32,000 bases of DNA from Desulfobulbus propionicus DSM 2032 (GTDB lineage Bacteria; Desulfobacterota; Desulfobulbia; Desulfobulbales; Desulfobulbaceae). Location of the stretch: the NCBI RefSeq assembly GCF_000186885.1, contig NC_014972.1:990001-1022000 (forward strand), given 5' to 3'. Positions 29,641 through 32,000 of the stretch are shown in pieces; the stretch's first letter is position 1, and every line of letters starts with the position of its first letter. The translations under genes were made by a program, and so were the position numbers. The notes under the pieces were generated by a model. It had not been told where the DNA came from and searched no databases. It was given only the letters and a program-made list of their open reading frames with translations.

Positions 29641-31128
29641 TCACTCGCCGATTTCCGGCTTCATCTGCGGAAAGAGGATGACGTCGCGGATCGAGGGCGA
29701 ATCGGTGAGCAGCATGACCAACCGGTCGATGCCGATACCCTCGCCGGCGGCCGACGGCATGCCGTATTCCAAGGCGCGGACATAGTCGCGGTCGAGCACC
29801 GGATGGATCTCCTCGTCCTCGCCGCGCTCGTCGATCTGTTTCTGGAAGCGTTGCAGCTGGTCGATGGGGTCGTTGAGCTCGGAAAAGGCGTTGGCGATCT
29901 CCCGGCCGGTGATGAACAGCTCGAAGCGGTCGGTGACGGTGGGGTCTTCCTCGTTGCGCCGGGCCAGGGGCGAAACCTCGGTGGGATAGGAGGTGATGAA
30001 GGTCGGGTCGATCAGCCGTTCCTCGACCAGCAGCTCGAACAGCTCGGTCTTGGCCTTGCCCGGGCCGGCGCCCGGCTGGAGTTCGATCCCCTTTTGCTTG
30101 GCCAGCGCCATCACCGCCGTGTCGTCCTCGAGTACCGCCGGATCGAGGCCGCCGATCTGCACCAGGGATTCCTCCATGGTCAGCCGCCGCCAGGGCGGGG
30201 CCAGGTTGACCGGTGTGCCCTGATAGCTGATGTCCATGGAGCCGGTGACCTCATGGGCCAGCCACGAAACCATCTCCTCGGTCAGGTCCATCAGGTCGTG
30301 GTAGGTGGCGTAGGCCTGATAGAATTCGAGCATGGTGAATTCCGGGTTGTGGCGGGTCGAGAGTCCCTCGTTGCGGAAGTTGCGGTTGATCTCGAACACC
30401 TTCTCGAAGCCGCCCACCAAGAGCCGTTTGAGGTAGAGTTCCGGGGCGATGCGCAGGTAGAGATCCATGTCAAGCGCGTTGTGGTGGGTGCGGAAGGGCT
30501 TGGCCGTGGCGCCGCCGGGCACCGGCTGCATCATCGGGGTTTCCACCTCCATGTAGCCGCGGTTGTTGAGAAATTCGCGGATCAGCCGGATGATCTCCAC
30601 CCGCTTCTTGAACACCTCGCGCGCCTCGGGATTGACGATCAGATCGAGATAGCGCTGGCGGTAACGGGTCTCGACATCGGTCAGGCCGTGGAACTTCTCC
30701 GGCAGCGGCCGCAGCGACTTGGTGATCATCTGCAGGGTGGTGGCCTCCAGCGACAGCTCGCCGGTCTTGGTCTTGAACAGCCGTCCCTCGACGCCGACAA
30801 TGTCGCCCACATCCCATTTTTTAAAGAGATCGTAGACCTCCTCGCCCAGCAGGTCGCGGCGGGCATAGATCTGGAGGCGTTCGCTGGCGTCCTGGAGGTG
30901 AAAGAAGGCCGCCTTGCCGAACTTGCGCATCGACATCACCCGGCCGGCCACCCGGTAGCTGTGGCCCGAGTCGTCGTGACATTCGGGTGCGAGGTGTTCG
31001 CCCTGGGGCAGGATGTCGATGATGGGATCAGGGGCCTTGAAGGTATTGCTGAACAGCTTGACGCCGGATTGGGCCAGGGATTCGGCCTTTTCCCGCCGCT
31101 GTTTGAGAAGGTTGCTCGTTGTTTCCAT
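29641..31128 (-). CDS. lysS: Lysyl-tRNA synthetase (class II)
   Basis: Start at [14 protein letters not shown]. Motifs [79 protein letters not shown]. Confidence 0.96.
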   Translation of the reverse strand: METTSNLLKQRREKAESLAQSGVKLFSNTFKAPDPIIDILPQGEHLAPECHDDSGHSYRVAGRVMSMRKFGKAAFFHLQDASERLQIYARRDLLGEEVYDLFKKWDVGDIVGVEGRLFKTKTGELSLEATTLQMITKSLRPLPEKFHGLTDVETRYRQRYLDLIVNPEAREVFKKRVEIIRLIREFLNNRGYMEVETPMMQPVPGGATAKPFRTHHNALDMDLYLRIAPELYLKRLLVGGFEKVFEINRNFRNEGLSTRHNPEFTMLEFYQAYATYHDLMDLTEEMVSWLAHEVTGSMDISYQGTPVNLAPPWRRLTMEESLVQIGGLDPAVLEDDTAVMALAKQKGIELQPGAGPGKAKTELFELLVEERLIDPTFITSYPTEVSPLARRNEEDPTVTDRFELFITGREIANAFSELNDPIDQLQRFQKQIDERGEDEEIHPVLDRDYVRALEYGMPSAAGEGIGIDRLVMLLTDSPSIRDVILFPQMKPEIGE

Positions 31129-31261
31129 GATCTGTGTGCGAGAAGAGTTGTGGTATGCGCCAACCCCGCGGGCGGAGGTTGAAAAGAGGCCCTGGGGCAC
31201 GGAAGGAAGACGCTGGAGGTCCCAAATGGACGGGTCAAAATAGTTCGCGTCCGCGTTGATG

Positions 31262-32000
31262 TCAATTCCTTTCAAGGAGGGCGACGGTTTCGATGTGATG
31301 GGTCTGGGGGAACATGTCCACCGGGGTGACCTGAACGATGCGGTAGCCATTCTGGACGATCAGCGCCAGGTCGCGGGCCAGGGTGGCCGGATCGCAGGAG
31401 ATGGACAGGATATGCTGCGGGCCAAGCCGGGCGAGTAGCGCCGCGGTCTTGCCCAATCCCTGGCGAGGCGGATCGAGCAGGACGCAATCGAAGCGGGCCT
31501 TGCGCGCCACCAGGCTGCGCAGTGCCTGGCCGACATCGGCGCTGCGGAAGCGGGCCGTGGTCAGCCCCGCGGCACGGCTGTTGTGTTCCGCCCAATGAAC
31601 GCTCGTCCGGTTGTGCTCGACTCCGCTCACCTGCGTGCCCATGAGGCCAAGCGGAATGGAAAAATTGCCCATGCCGCAGAACAGGTCGAGGGCGGCACGA
31701 GGTGGCGGTGACAGGGGCAGCAGGCCCAGGGCGAGCTCGATCAAGCGTGGATTCTGGCGGACGTTGACCTGGAAAAAACACCGGTGATCCCAACACAGCC
31801 GATAGGCATGGCCAAGGACCGCGAAATCCTGGCACAGGTCGGCGGCGCGCGCGCGATCCCCCGACCGGCCGATGGGCTCCGCCTGCACGATCGTGTTGTC
31901 GGCCAGGCGGTTGAGTGCGGTGACCAGGTCGGCAGCCGAGTCGGGGCGCAACGCCGCCGTGGCCTGCAGGACAAGGATCACCCGGTCGTCGGCCGGACTG
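31262..32000 (-). CDS. RNA (uracil-5-)-methyltransferase of RumA/RlmD/TrmA family, 5' portion outside window
   Basis: C-terminal part. FFQVN, ALDLFCGMGNFSIPLG, SGVEHN, DCVLLDPPRQGLG, SISCDPATLARDL, VDMFPQTHHIETVALLER. Confidence 0.88.
   Translation of the reverse strand, partial: SPADDRVILVLQATAALRPDSAADLVTALNRLADNTIVQAEPIGRSGDRARAADLCQDFAVLGHAYRLCWDHRCFFQVNVRQNPRLIELALGLLPLSPPPRAALDLFCGMGNFSIPLGLMGTQVSGVEHNRTSVHWAEHNSRAAGLTTARFRSADVGQALRSLVARKARFDCVLLDPPRQGLGKTAALLARLGPQHILSISCDPATLARDLALIVQNGYRIVQVTPVDMFPQTHHIETVALLERN

Noticed and set aside
29623-31182. 519-aa ORF on + strand
   Set aside because: Antisense shadow of lysS.

Overview
The window is GC-rich, densely coding, mostly housekeeping chromosome. 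Gene content suggests a deltaproteobacterial (Desulfobulbaceae-like) sulfate reducer, but that taxonomic guess is inference. On the + strand it holds: the 3' part of a multi-ORF glutamate synthase locus (amidotransferase domain; 4Fe-4S plus FMN synthase domain; a GXGXG-GltD-ferredoxin fusion); mutL, hisD and rsmG; and leuB, a divergent PRPP-synthetase-like gene and asd, ended by a strong terminator. On the - strand it holds: a small CxxC/CxxC protein; an orphan hybrid histidine kinase with an ABC-substrate-binding-like sensor; an LprI-like protein; a PBP1A, Cys-cluster protein, Ogt and 90-aa ORF run; an exported metallo-beta-lactamase-fold protein; a 1447-aa SNF2-family protein with a ~985-aa N-terminal extension; a Lys-rich lipoprotein with a CHAP-like tail; a radical SAM/SPASM-like protein; lolD and lolC/E; lysS; and a partial RumA/TrmA-family RNA methyltransferase. 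I found no CRISPR array, rRNA, tRNA, transposase or recognisable complete defence system. The best candidate for something undescribed is the tightly spaced co-directional trio radical SAM, Lys-rich CHAP-like lipoprotein and giant SNF2 protein (about 21.5-27.6 kb). The divergent PRPP-synthetase-like gene, a REP-like double palindrome near 4.75 kb and an unexplained ~0.5 kb island near 9.2-9.7 kb are secondary. These are leads, not demonstrated systems.
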